DNA of 56,086 nt from Spirochaetales bacterium (GTDB lineage Bacteria; Spirochaetota; Spirochaetia; Sphaerochaetales; Sphaerochaetaceae). The stretch spans positions 1-56,086 of the forward strand of contig JAAYFO010000111.1 in the NCBI GenBank assembly GCA_012728215.1. Direction: 5' to 3'. The position numbers were made by a program, and so were the translations under genes. The notes beneath the pieces are model-generated. The model was given only the letters and a program-made list of their open reading frames with translations. It did no database searches and was not told where the DNA came from. Shown here one piece after another: positions 17,062 to 26,646 of the stretch. Position 1 is the stretch's first letter. Each line of letters starts with the position of its first letter.

Positions 17062-18445
17062 CGCAGGCCTCCATCACCTTGTCACAAATCCTGATGCGTC
17101 TCATTGCCCAGGAGGCAACAGTCTCGTCATGTGTGATAAGAAGGATTCCAGCACCCCTGCGTCTAAGAAGCGCAATCATTGCATGGCAGTCCTCATAGCT
17201 CATCGAACTCTCAAGCTCATCCAGGATGTAGAATGGCCGGTCAAGAAGGTAATAGACAGCCGCTTGAAGCCTCTTTCGCCTTGGATAGCTCAAAAGCGAA
17301 GCCACCTCATCCGGATCAAGCGAGAACAGTTCACATGCACTTTGCACTTCCGCCTCGCTGTGATGCGGATATTTAAGCTCATCCTTGACTTTAGGAAGAA
17401 AGATCTGAAAATCCGGATTCTGGAAAAGATACCCTACATTGACAAGTCTTTCACGTTTTTCAAGTGAGAAACTCCCCTTTTCGACATCATCCAATCCGCA
17501 GAGGGCCCGTGCAAAGCTGCTCTTTCCACTCCCGTTAGGACCGGTGAGTGCAACTATCTCCCCTCGTCTGAGTACAAATTCAGGCACATTGAGGCTGAAA
17601 GTCCCACCTGCCGCTGGTTCGTCATTCTCTTCTTCACCCTTGACAATCATCACATCGCTGCAGCTGATTGATACATCTGATCCCTGTTCGGGAAGAAAGG
17701 CAAAAAGAGAGCATCTTCCATATTCGAATATCTCATCTTCACTGCATTCACGCAGCTCTCCATTCTCCAGGATGAAGAATCTGTCGAACACCCCTCGATA
17801 CACTTCCAAAGCCCTGGAGCAGAGCGCCATCACAGTCTTGTCGGTCTTACTTATCCACTTCGACAATCCACCCTTGAAGCTCTCGTCCAATTCGTCGAAA
17901 GTCTCATCAAGGAGATAAACCTCAGGGTCTATCCCTCTGGACACCGACAGCAGAAGACGTTTTTTCTCTCCGCCCGAAAGATTCAGCACTGACTGATTCC
18001 GCCTCGATGTCAATTCGAACTCCTGCAAAGCCAGAGTCACTTTTCTCTTCATCTCATCAGGCGAGATTCCCATCATCTCCATGGGAAAGGCGACTTCATC
18101 CTCAGGGGTGGACGACACAAGCTGGTCCTCGGAATTCTGTGACACATAGACGATGTCATTCACCAGATCCCAAGGCTGTTCACAAACCAGGTTTCTCCCG
18201 TTGATATGGATGTCACCATCAAGCTTTCCACCAAGATACTTCGGCACAGCACCAATGAGAAGACGGCAAAGGGTTGTCTTTCCCGAATCCGCATTACCGA
18301 GAATCAGAGCATGCTCACCCTTCTTGATTTTAAAAGACAGTCCAGTGAACACAGGTTCGCCATATGCTTCCTGCTCACTTTGATAATCACGGTAGCTGAA
18401 TTGAAGATTCCTAACTTCTATTGCGTTCATCTCAGCCAGCGACAT
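17051..18445 (-). CDS. Fused double ATPase of ECF/CbiO type (EcfA-EcfA')
   Basis: Two ABC domains. The first has GNADSGKTT, LSGGEKKR and LLDETFDELD. The second has GPNGSGKSS, a degenerate signature LSYPRRKR, and ILDELES. An alternative start is at 18430. Confidence 0.85.
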   Translation of the reverse strand: MSLAEMNAIEVRNLQFSYRDYQSEQEAYGEPVFTGLSFKIKKGEHALILGNADSGKTTLCRLLIGAVPKYLGGKLDGDIHINGRNLVCEQPWDLVNDIVYVSQNSEDQLVSSTPEDEVAFPMEMMGISPDEMKRKVTLALQEFELTSRRNQSVLNLSGGEKKRLLLSVSRGIDPEVYLLDETFDELDESFKGGLSKWISKTDKTVMALCSRALEVYRGVFDRFFILENGELRECSEDEIFEYGRCSLFAFLPEQGSDVSISCSDVMIVKGEEENDEPAAGGTFSLNVPEFVLRRGEIVALTGPNGSGKSSFARALCGLDDVEKGSFSLEKRERLVNVGYLFQNPDFQIFLPKVKDELKYPHHSEAEVQSACELFSLDPDEVASLLSYPRRKRLQAAVYYLLDRPFYILDELESSMSYEDCHAMIALLRRRGAGILLITHDETVASWAMRRIRICDKVMEACDEH

Positions 18446-19760
18446 TCAGACCAGAGACCAGCACATCAGGAGATCCGATTCTCCTGAATCCTGAAGGGGT
18501 CGTCCATTTCAGTTCATCTGACATTCCCCTGACATTCTTCAGAAGGTCATAGAAATTTCCAGACATGGTGAAGGCCTTCACAGGATTGCCTTTCTTTCCA
18601 TCCTTGATTTCGAATCCAGCACATTCTATCGAGAAATCACCGGTAGCGGCATTGGCTCCTGCATGAAGTCCCTTCATTTCCTGGACAAACACCGCATCCC
18701 CTTCAGTCTTTGAAAAGAGATCCTCCAGGCTGTCAGCACCTGGCTTGAGATACAAGCTGAAGAATGAGGTTTCGCTCGATCCCAGATAAGGTCCGGCATT
18801 TCCAGTCGTCTGCTTACCCGCCTCCTTTGCCGAAGAGAGACTGTATAGCAATGTCTTCAAGGTCCCGTTCTCGATTATATTCTTGCTGTACGCAGCCACG
18901 CCATCAGCGTCGAAATGAATCATCACGGGAGAACTTGGCTCAAACGGGTCGTCGACCAGAGTCACCATTGAAGAGGCGACGGCACTGCCTTCCTTACCTT
19001 TATAAAGGGACAGTCCCAGCAATGCGTTCTTTCCAAAGAATATCGAGAGAAACGCACCAAGCATCATCCGCATGCAGCTGCTCGAAAGCACCACATCGAA
19101 TTTTTTTACTCCAACCCTTCCTGCATGAAGCTTGGCTATGGCTTCATCCACACAGGTTGTAAGCTTCATCTCCTCCAGAGGGCACACGTTCTGCTCATCA
19201 CCGCAAGCGATATCATCTCCATCCTGCACAACAGAGCCCATCTCATACTGATCGTATCCATAGCTTCTGCTCAGGCAAAGCCCACGGCTGTTTGCAAGAC
19301 AGATCGTCCCGGAAACTGAAGCTACGGCTGACTGAGATCCATTCTGAACCCGATCATCACTGGACATCATGGAAGTCTGAAGCTCCATGGTCCTCTGCAC
19401 CAGTCTGCTCATGGACGGCTCACAGTATTTCACATCCTCCAGTTCGGCATATCGTTCAGAACCATCGAAAAGCAGGCACTCGCTCTTGCTTTCGATTGAT
19501 GAGGCATTGTCCATCGCATCCATGACAAGGTTATCAAGGCTTTCGTCGTCATAGGTACTGCAGATTGCAGATCCACCCCTGCCATTGAGGATTGCAGTGA
19601 AGCTGAGCACCGAAGCGACCGAAGTCCCGGTGTCTGTGAGCTCGTTGCCTGCCGCAGTGGCAGTCAGACTGCTCCCATAGCTGTATGCCATCTTGTAATC
19701 CGCCAGTCCCTTGGCCTTGCATATCTGATCCAACTTCTGTCTGATTGAATTGAAATCCAT
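18432..19760 (-). CDS. pmbA: TldE/PmbA family metalloprotease component
   Basis: PmbA/TldD fold sequence, glycine-rich C-terminal region, adjacent to tldD. Confidence 0.85.
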   Translation of the reverse strand: MDFNSIRQKLDQICKAKGLADYKMAYSYGSSLTATAAGNELTDTGTSVASVLSFTAILNGRGGSAICSTYDDESLDNLVMDAMDNASSIESKSECLLFDGSERYAELEDVKYCEPSMSRLVQRTMELQTSMMSSDDRVQNGSQSAVASVSGTICLANSRGLCLSRSYGYDQYEMGSVVQDGDDIACGDEQNVCPLEEMKLTTCVDEAIAKLHAGRVGVKKFDVVLSSSCMRMMLGAFLSIFFGKNALLGLSLYKGKEGSAVASSMVTLVDDPFEPSSPVMIHFDADGVAAYSKNIIENGTLKTLLYSLSSAKEAGKQTTGNAGPYLGSSETSFFSLYLKPGADSLEDLFSKTEGDAVFVQEMKGLHAGANAATGDFSIECAGFEIKDGKKGNPVKAFTMSGNFYDLLKNVRGMSDELKWTTPSGFRRIGSPDVLVSGLNVAG

Positions 19761-19764
19761 TTTT

Positions 19765-21165
19765 CTACCTCCCGCCTACAGTGATCTTTTTTACTCTTAT
19801 GAGAGGCTGTCCGACATTCACAGGAACCGAACCGGATAACGATCCGCACATTCCCTGCCCCATGTCCACTTTGGTTCCCACCATGTCCATGTCCTTGATC
19901 ACCTGAGATCCCTTTCCAATGAGAGTGGCACCTCTCACGGGCTCACATATCTTGCCGTTGCGTATCATGTAGCCTTCACATACCGCGAAGTTGAAGGCAC
20001 CGGTTATTGGATTCACACTTCCTCCGCCCATTTTCTTGCAATAAATCCCGTTTTCAATCGATCCGATTATATCTTCATCGCTGTCATTGCCCGGAGCAAT
20101 GTACGTATTGGTCATTCTCGAAGTCGGTGCAAACTGAAAATTCTGACGTCTTGCATTGCCAGTTGGTCTGAGCCCTTCCATTCTTCTGGCATTGAAGGTA
20201 TCGATCATGTAGCTTTTCAGAACTCCATTCTCAATCAGGATGTTTTTTTGTCCCGGACGGCCTTCGTCGTCAATGTTCACCGAACCCCATGCACCCGGTA
20301 TCGTACCATCATCGATGGCTGTGACCTTTGGATTTGCCACTAGCTGTCCAAGCTTGCTGCAGAATTCGGAATTGCCGTATGCCACCTGAGTCGCTTCAAG
20401 GCTGTGGCCTGTCGATTCATGGAAGATCACTCCTCCAAACCCATTCTCGATTGCGACAGGGAAGGTCCCGCCCTTGCAGTAGACGGCCTTGAGGTTGACC
20501 ATTGCAATCCTGGAGGCTTCCCTTCCGCACCAGGCAGGATCGATCCCGGACTGGAACATCTCCAGTCCGGCCTGTCTGCCAGGTCCGCAGAAACCAGCCT
20601 GATTCTCTGTTCCAGAAGAGGCTATGCTCGACACAGTCAATCTGGTATATATCTGTCTGTCTCCTGTGTACAGGCCATCGCTGTTGGCCACAACGAAGCT
20701 TCTGTCGATATCTTTTAGCGCAACTGAAACCTGAGAAATTGCAGAATCATAGCTTCTTGCGCCATCGTTTGCCATTCTTAGTATCTCAATCTTATCCTTG
20801 TTTGGAACTGATGAGGGAACGATTCTCACAGGGCTGATGTTAAAAGGAATCGATTCTACGAACCGCAGCCCTCCTTTACAGAATGCCGGGGTGCTCACGG
20901 TCTGAGACAGTGCTCCCGCCACCTTCCCTGCCAGAGACAGGACTCCATCACGGCTGAGGTCTCCGGTCGAGCCATAGACGGTTTCCAGACCTTTGTAAAG
21001 TCTAAGTCCCATCCCGCTGGAATCCGATCCCTGTGCCATATGAACCCGGTCTTCCAAAATCTGAATGTTCTTGGAAAGAGTCCTTTCCAAAAAAACTTCG
21101 GCGAAATCAGCACCGGTCGACATAGCGGCCAAAAGGACTTCTGAAATCAATTTTCTGCTCAGCAT
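19765..21165 (-). CDS. tldD: TldD metalloprotease
   Basis: HESTGH zinc motif (VIFHESTGHSLEA). The start MLSRKL at 21165 has a GGAGGAAT Shine-Dalgarno. The track ORF's extension to 21348 reads through the tRNA-Pro gene. Confidence 0.9.
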   Translation of the reverse strand: MLSRKLISEVLLAAMSTGADFAEVFLERTLSKNIQILEDRVHMAQGSDSSGMGLRLYKGLETVYGSTGDLSRDGVLSLAGKVAGALSQTVSTPAFCKGGLRFVESIPFNISPVRIVPSSVPNKDKIEILRMANDGARSYDSAISQVSVALKDIDRSFVVANSDGLYTGDRQIYTRLTVSSIASSGTENQAGFCGPGRQAGLEMFQSGIDPAWCGREASRIAMVNLKAVYCKGGTFPVAIENGFGGVIFHESTGHSLEATQVAYGNSEFCSKLGQLVANPKVTAIDDGTIPGAWGSVNIDDEGRPGQKNILIENGVLKSYMIDTFNARRMEGLRPTGNARRQNFQFAPTSRMTNTYIAPGNDSDEDIIGSIENGIYCKKMGGGSVNPITGAFNFAVCEGYMIRNGKICEPVRGATLIGKGSQVIKDMDMVGTKVDMGQGMCGSLSGSVPVNVGQPLIRVKKITVGGR

Positions 21166-21190
21166 CACATTCCTCCAAAGTGCCATGGGA

Positions 21191-21226
21191 AAAGAAAAAC
21201 CCCCAACGGAAATCCGAAGGAGGTTT
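21191..21226 (-). terminator. Rho-independent terminator after tRNA-Pro
   Basis: Minus-strand stem AAACCTCC / GGGGGTTT (one G-U pair) followed by TTTTTCTTTT. Confidence 0.6.
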
Positions 21227-21230
21227 CTAG

Positions 21231-21303
21231 TCGGGCAGAGTGGATTTGAACCACCGACCCCTTGGTCCCGAACCAAGTGCGCTAGCCCCTGCGCTACTAC
21301 CCG
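21231..21303 (-). tRNA. tRNA-Pro: tRNA-Pro (anticodon CGG)
   Basis: Hand-folded cloverleaf: acceptor CGGGTAG/CTGCCCG, D stem GCGC/GCGC, anticodon stem CTTGG/CCAAG with loop TTCGGGA, T arm GGTGG-TTCAAAT-CCACT, discriminator A. CCA is not encoded. Confidence 0.9.
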
Positions 21304-21315
21304 AGGCACTGTATG

Positions 21316-21345
21316 ACTATACTTACAATCGAGGTAAAAAGTCAA
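21316..21345 (-). promoter_or_regulatory. Sigma-70-like promoter for tRNA-Pro
   Basis: On the minus strand: TTGACT (21340-21345), 18 nt, TATAGT (21316-21321), 12 nt before the tRNA 5' end. Confidence 0.6.
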
Positions 21346-21429
21346 CAACTCAAAAATTCATACCACATCGATTCCTGTCACCTTTCTATATTCCTTCCTA
21401 CTAATAGGAAATGAAGAATAGCATTTCGA

Positions 21430-21459
21430 TTGACATATTCATGTAACTAATGGTATTTT
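21430..21459 (+). promoter_or_regulatory. Sigma-70-like promoter with extended -10 for the PpiD-like gene
   Basis: TTGACA (21430-21435), then TGgTATTTT (21451-21459). Confidence 0.55.
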
Positions 21460-21532
21460 AATCCTTGTGTCGAACACATTTTTTCAGTTCTTTCTCAAGG
21501 TTCTGAATAGATTTGAATAACAGAGGTTAGAA

Positions 21533-23131
21533 ATGTCAGAAAACAAATCCGATGAACAGGGCAAAATTCAGTCAGAAGACAAGAAGCTTGCACTCAAGGC
21601 AGACCAAAAGCAGGCAGGCAAGACGCCCAAGACGGACAAAAACGGAAACAAGAAGGAACCAATAAGCGCCAGCAAGATCTTCGCAACGATAATCATTGTT
21701 CTGATCACAATCGCACTGGTTGGCACCAGCATAATCTATCTCATTCAGGCAAACGTCAACAAGGCCAACGAACTCAGGTTCGGATCATATGATGGTGAGA
21801 AGATTCTCTATGAAGCCAACAGCATCATGTACAACCAGTACGCAAGCATAGTCCAGCAGTATCCTGATCAGGCAAGCTCCTCGGACCTCTCCACACAGTA
21901 TCAGCTTTGGAACCAGGCCTATCAGAACGCCGTCATCCTCACTGCTGTCAACAAGATTGCCAAGCAGTCAGATGTCCGTGCTCCTCAGGAGCTCGTCGAC
22001 AAGGCGATTCTTGAATCAGGCTACTACAATGACGAGAACGGGAACTTCTCCGAAGCAAAGTACAACGAAGCCAGCAACAACGTGAAGGCAAGCCTCAACC
22101 TTGCATACAAGAGCCAGGTGCCGTTCTCCATCATCACTGCAGACGAATCATCCGTCGCCACCCCAAAGGCAGAGCAGGAATTCGTGGCTTCGATGGCAAG
22201 CAACACCCGTTCGTTCGAATACATCGCAATTGATTACAACGCCATTGCTGACACAGTAGCTGAATCCTATCTTGCTCAGGATCCGACAAAGTTCAAGAGC
22301 ATCACAGTATCAGACATCACAACCACCACTGAAGAGGATATCGACAACGCCTATCAGGCACTTCAGAACGGTGATGCATGGAATGATGTTGTCGCCAAGT
22401 ACTCAAAGGACTCCTATGCATCAAATAACGGTTCTGTCGGCAAGCTGTATCTTTACTCACTTCAGGCTATCTGCTCCGAAGCTCAGCTGGAGGAACTCTT
22501 CTCCACCGAAACAGGCAGCTACACCACTGTGATGGAGACATCAGGTGCATATAGAATCTTCAGAGTCGATGCCGCATCACAGGATCCTGACTTCAAGGAT
22601 GCCGAGACAGTGGCTCACATAAAGAACTACATGATTCAGAATGAAACAGAACTCACTTCTCCATTGCTGGAAGAAATGGCGGCAAAGGTCGCAGCGGAGG
22701 CACAGGAAGACTTCGATGAAGCAGCCCTGTCCAATGGGCTTCAGGCAGTATCAGTAGGCTCCACACCTGGCAATATCGGCAGCAGCAGATACATGGGAAG
22801 CTTCAGCTACACTGATGCCTATGGCCTGCTTGCTACAGCAGCAGCCGACAAGACAGTGATGACCTCTCTCTATACTGACCCAGTGGGAACTGTCACCGAT
22901 CAGATAAAGGCAGGAAACAACTACATCGTGGTGAAGATCGTCAATGACACCAAGGATCTCACACAGGGTCAGACAGTGAATCTCTTCTATTCATATTATG
23001 GTTCGACAATGGCTCAGAACGATTTTTTCAGCAACATTCTTTCCAGCGACAAGCACGAGAACAACTTCTTCGCCGAGTTCCTGAAGATATTCGGCGGCAA
23101 TTCTTCCACTTCAGACACATCGTCCAATTAA
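21533..23131 (+). CDS. Membrane-anchored periplasmic chaperone with a parvulin-like PPIase domain (PpiD/SurA-N-like)
   Basis: Lys-rich cytoplasmic N-terminus, single TM (IFATIIIVLITIALVGTSIIYLI), SurA-N-like region, and a degenerate parvulin segment (NGDAWNDVVAKYSKDSYASNNGSVGKLY...GAYRIFRV). Confidence 0.65.
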   Translation: MSENKSDEQGKIQSEDKKLALKADQKQAGKTPKTDKNGNKKEPISASKIFATIIIVLITIALVGTSIIYLIQANVNKANELRFGSYDGEKILYEANSIMYNQYASIVQQYPDQASSSDLSTQYQLWNQAYQNAVILTAVNKIAKQSDVRAPQELVDKAILESGYYNDENGNFSEAKYNEASNNVKASLNLAYKSQVPFSIITADESSVATPKAEQEFVASMASNTRSFEYIAIDYNAIADTVAESYLAQDPTKFKSITVSDITTTTEEDIDNAYQALQNGDAWNDVVAKYSKDSYASNNGSVGKLYLYSLQAICSEAQLEELFSTETGSYTTVMETSGAYRIFRVDAASQDPDFKDAETVAHIKNYMIQNETELTSPLLEEMAAKVAAEAQEDFDEAALSNGLQAVSVGSTPGNIGSSRYMGSFSYTDAYGLLATAAADKTVMTSLYTDPVGTVTDQIKAGNNYIVVKIVNDTKDLTQGQTVNLFYSYYGSTMAQNDFFSNILSSDKHENNFFAEFLKIFGGNSSTSDTSSN

Positions 23132-23146
23132 CGATGAGCCTGACAG

Positions 23147-23179
23147 CAAAAGCCGCTGCGTAACGTCAGCGGCTTTTTT
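23147..23179 (+). terminator. Rho-independent terminator
   Basis: AGCCGCTG (23151-23158), 8-nt loop, CAGCGGCT (23167-23174), followed by a T-run. Confidence 0.8.
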
Positions 23180-23264
23180 ATTCATCAGAATCCTTGAAAT
23201 GTTAAAATCTCAGCAGAAATTCATATTTCTCCATCTATATGGTAAAACGATGGAGGAACAAGGC

Positions 23265-23480
23265 ATGAAAAAAAGGAAATCAGACTACAGCAGGACACCA
23301 GCCCATGAGGTGTTCAAGAGATGGTGTCTTGGAAGCAGCATAAACACGCTTGCATTGCAGTTCGGGTTATCGACGTCAAAAATAAGAGCTGTGATAAGAG
23401 TCTACAAGGCAACTGGTGATTTGACACCTGACGCAAGCTACCAGCGATTGAACACCTGTTCTGCAAAGCCCGGGAAATGA
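23265..23480 (+). CDS. Small hypothetical protein with a possible helix-turn-helix
   Basis: GGAGGA lies 7 nt before the ATG at 23265. The segment SSINTLALQFGLSTSKIRAVI is HTH-like. The 3' end overlaps the convergent neighbour by 43 nt. Confidence 0.4.
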   Translation: MKKRKSDYSRTPAHEVFKRWCLGSSINTLALQFGLSTSKIRAVIRVYKATGDLTPDASYQRLNTCSAKPGK

Positions 23481-24478
23481 TCAAGATGGATTATCTTCCC
23501 ATCATCCAGGACAGCATTGCCTGTGAAATAGCCGAACACCTGATTCTGCACACTCTTTATAATCAGGAAGTCCGTATTTGAGACTCTGTCCACCGCAGGT
23601 TCGAACTTCATGGTGAATCGTCCATCAATACTGGTCATGTTCCAATTGTCCATGAAGCCTTCCTTTGGAATTCCAAAGTCCACTTCCTCTAGCTTATGGA
23701 CAGTTCCATCATAGAAAAGGACATTTTCGGAGGCAGGTGTCCTGTCGCTGAAACCATATCCGATGTTGAAACCGAACGGTACGCCATCGACCAGCCCGCT
23801 TGCACTGCCCCAGTACCATTGATTCTGATATGTCCATCTGCCACGGCCCCAGTCCAGCACTCCCCAGACATCGTCCTTTTCCAGCTTTCTCTCGGTTTCT
23901 CCCATCCGTACATAGCCTTCAGCCCTCATGCAGTTGACCTTTTCGTTCAGATAGAATGCCTTTCGGTTCTTCTCCCAGCTGGTGGCGATGTTCATGCTTT
24001 CCATCGTAGGAGTCTGATGCAATGTCACATTGCCATCCAAGCCGACGCTCCCGTCAGGAAGAACCAGCGAAGGAGCACCGAACACAAGCTGTCTCTTCTG
24101 CCCCTTCTTGATGAATGCCAGCCGAAGCTTGTCATCAGCAATCGTCACCTGATTGTCCTCGGTGCTTGAAGGGGCAAAACCAGTTCTATGAAAGGTGAAG
24201 AACTTCATCGAATCAACCTGTGAGAACTTTCCTCTCTTGTAATCAATGAAGGCAATTGCGAACAATGCACCATAGCCGAGGTCGCTTATCGTCAAGGCGA
24301 CGGTCCATCCGCCCTTGGTGGAGGTGAAGGCATAGTAATCCCATTCCTTGATTCTCATCTTCCCTGCCTTGATACGGTCCCGTTGGTATGTCCATACCGG
24401 TCTTCTTGCCCAGCCTTCCTCTCTGATTCTTCCATTGCGATCAAGCAAATCCTGTCTCATCGTCACTTCATGCTGCAT
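23438..24478 (-). CDS. Hypothetical protein, possibly DUF2804 family
   Basis: A long ORF with TATAAT and a GGAAGG Shine-Dalgarno upstream. The beta-rich sequence contains a KEWDYYAF motif. The family assignment is from memory only. Confidence 0.6.
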   Translation of the reverse strand: MQHEVTMRQDLLDRNGRIREEGWARRPVWTYQRDRIKAGKMRIKEWDYYAFTSTKGGWTVALTISDLGYGALFAIAFIDYKRGKFSQVDSMKFFTFHRTGFAPSSTEDNQVTIADDKLRLAFIKKGQKRQLVFGAPSLVLPDGSVGLDGNVTLHQTPTMESMNIATSWEKNRKAFYLNEKVNCMRAEGYVRMGETERKLEKDDVWGVLDWGRGRWTYQNQWYWGSASGLVDGVPFGFNIGYGFSDRTPASENVLFYDGTVHKLEEVDFGIPKEGFMDNWNMTSIDGRFTMKFEPAVDRVSNTDFLIIKSVQNQVFGYFTGNAVLDDGKIIHLDHFPGFAEQVFNRW

Positions 24479-24661
24479 ATCATGCCTTCCTTTGTCTGAA
24501 TATTATACCCTCCATCAGTTTCCTACAACATCGTTGTTCGAAAACTTCGTTTCATAGTGATTCATCATTCACAAAAAAATCAAATGATCATTTCTTCTCT
24601 CCAGTATGGATTAACTTTAGAAAAGCTGTTATGCTAACTTCCGATTTTATGGAGATTTACA

Positions 24662-26593
24662 GTGATTGAAGAATTCAGACAGCTAGGACTGTCAGAGGAG
24701 ACCATTGAGGCGCTTGAAGCAAAGGGCTTTGAAACGCCGACAGAGATTCAGAAGCAGTGCATACCGCTTCTTCTGAAAGAAAACATGGATGTGATCGGGC
24801 AGGCACAGACAGGAACAGGGAAGACAGCCGCATTCGGCCTTCCGATAATTGAAATGCTCGACAAGACCTGCAAGGATGTGCAGGCAATCATCCTCACCCC
24901 TACCAGGGAACTCTGCGTGCAGGAATGTGACGAACTGAACTCGCTTGCAGGAAACAGGAACATCGAAGTTGCACCCATTTACGGAGGAGCCTCGATGGAG
25001 GCCCAGCTTCGACAGCTGAGGCGAGGCGTTGACATAGTGGTCGGAACCCCGGGAAGAATACTTGACCATCTTCAGAGAGGAACTCTCGACATAAGCCACA
25101 TCAAGTGCTTCGTTCTGGATGAAGCTGATGAAATGCTTGACATGGGATTCATCGAAGACATCGAGACTATCTTGGAACGGGCTCCTTCGGAAAAGAGAAT
25201 GCTTTGCTTCTCAGCCACAATGCCTGAGCCAATTCTCAAGCTGGCGACAAGGTTCATGCCATCATACAAGCTGGTGAGAACTCAGACCGAGGACATGACA
25301 AGTTCGCTGACTCAGCAGCTTTACTACGAAACCAGGGAATGCGACAAGCTCGAAGTCCTGATGAGAATCATTGAAATTACCGAGAACTTCTACGGACTGG
25401 TGTTCTGCAGGACCAAGGTTCAGTGCGATGAGGTCGGAGCCAGACTCATGGACCGTGGATACAATGCAGAGGTGCTTCATGGAGACCTGTCTCAGAAGCA
25501 GCGTGAGCTTATCATCCGAAAGATGAGGGACCACCACATCAGCATTCTGGTCGCAACGGATGTCGCAGCCCGTGGAATAGACCTTCCTGACCTCACTCAT
25601 GTGATTAACTACTCCCTTCCACAGGATCCTGAGACATACATCCATCGTGTGGGAAGGACAGGGCGTGCCGGTCAGAAAGGAGAGGCCATCACATTTGTGA
25701 ACACTTCTGAGTTCAGAAAGTTCGCATTCATCAAGCGTATTGCAAAAAGCGAGATAACCAAATCTCCGGTGCCGTCGATTGATCAGATTGAAAAAGCCAA
25801 GATGGCCAGAATCGAGGCCACTCTGGACGAGGCCTTTTCCAAGATACCGTCAGCCGGCAGCTCAGATGAAGAAGGCAATGCCAAAAAGGCTGTGGTCCTT
25901 TCACATTCCAGATTCGATGACATGGCTTTCAGAATCGCCACAGAGCATGATCCTGTAATGGCGATCTCGGCATTGCTTCAGCTCTCTTACAGACATGAAC
26001 TGGACACCTCCAAGTTCAAGCCGATTGCTGACCTTTTCCAGGGAAAGCAGCCCAGAACCAGGAACAGTGAGGATTCTGCTCAGTATGCAGGACTTGATGA
26101 TCAGGGTTATACACGACTCTTCATTGCAAGAGGTGACAAGGACGGAATCTCAAAGCAGGACCTTGTCGAGTTCCTTCTTTCCAAGACCGGAGCCGCCAAC
26201 GATCAGATAAGGCAGGTAGAGGTTCATGACGAGTTCTCTTTCGTCACGGCACCTGCACCAATTGCAGAATTGATTCTCAAGCATCTTGGCGGAAGCACCC
26301 CCAACGGCAAGCCAATCGTGACTCGTGCCAGAGAGCTTAGCCCGGCAAGGGAAAGATCAAGGGCAAGGGAACGATCCGCTTCCAGAGACGATGGAAGGCA
26401 GGAACGTCCAAGAAACTCCAGGAAGCGCAGATCCAACGCTGAACATGCTTCGGAGCATGTTTCAAGACATGAACGGGAAGGAAGCTCCAAAAGAGGAATC
26501 AGTCAGGATGAAATAGACTTCCTGAGATACAGCTCAACGGATGACCATCACAGGAGAAAAATCAAGAAAGGCAGGACGTCACACCGTCATTAA
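24662..26593 (+). CDS. DEAD-box ATP-dependent RNA helicase (DeaD/CsdA-like) with DbpA-type RNA-binding domain and Arg/Ser-rich tail
   Basis: Q motif FETPTEIQ, AQTGTGKT, PTRELC, DEAD, SAT, HRVGRTGRAG. The RBD is YTRLFIARGDKDGISKQDLVEFL. GTG start with GGAG 7 nt upstream. Confidence 0.9.
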   Translation: MIEEFRQLGLSEETIEALEAKGFETPTEIQKQCIPLLLKENMDVIGQAQTGTGKTAAFGLPIIEMLDKTCKDVQAIILTPTRELCVQECDELNSLAGNRNIEVAPIYGGASMEAQLRQLRRGVDIVVGTPGRILDHLQRGTLDISHIKCFVLDEADEMLDMGFIEDIETILERAPSEKRMLCFSATMPEPILKLATRFMPSYKLVRTQTEDMTSSLTQQLYYETRECDKLEVLMRIIEITENFYGLVFCRTKVQCDEVGARLMDRGYNAEVLHGDLSQKQRELIIRKMRDHHISILVATDVAARGIDLPDLTHVINYSLPQDPETYIHRVGRTGRAGQKGEAITFVNTSEFRKFAFIKRIAKSEITKSPVPSIDQIEKAKMARIEATLDEAFSKIPSAGSSDEEGNAKKAVVLSHSRFDDMAFRIATEHDPVMAISALLQLSYRHELDTSKFKPIADLFQGKQPRTRNSEDSAQYAGLDDQGYTRLFIARGDKDGISKQDLVEFLLSKTGAANDQIRQVEVHDEFSFVTAPAPIAELILKHLGGSTPNGKPIVTRARELSPARERSRARERSASRDDGRQERPRNSRKRRSNAEHASEHVSRHEREGSSKRGISQDEIDFLRYSSTDDHHRRKIKKGRTSHRH

Positions 26594-26607
26594 TGAGGCA
26601 AAATGCA

Positions 26608-26646
26608 GCAGCCCCGGATGAACTTATCAGCTGGGGCTGCTTTTTA
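26608..26646 (+). terminator. Rho-independent terminator of the helicase gene
   Basis: GCAGCCCC (26608-26615) and GGGGCTGC (26633-26640) followed by TTTTT. It overlaps the 3' end of the convergent MFS gene. Confidence 0.7.

Noticed and set aside
21166-21348. N-terminal extension of the TldD ORF (527 aa in the track)
   Set aside because: The extension translates straight through the tRNA-Pro gene (the GVGGSNP-type peptide is a tRNA T-arm artefact) and its terminator. The true start at 21165 has a GGAGG Shine-Dalgarno.
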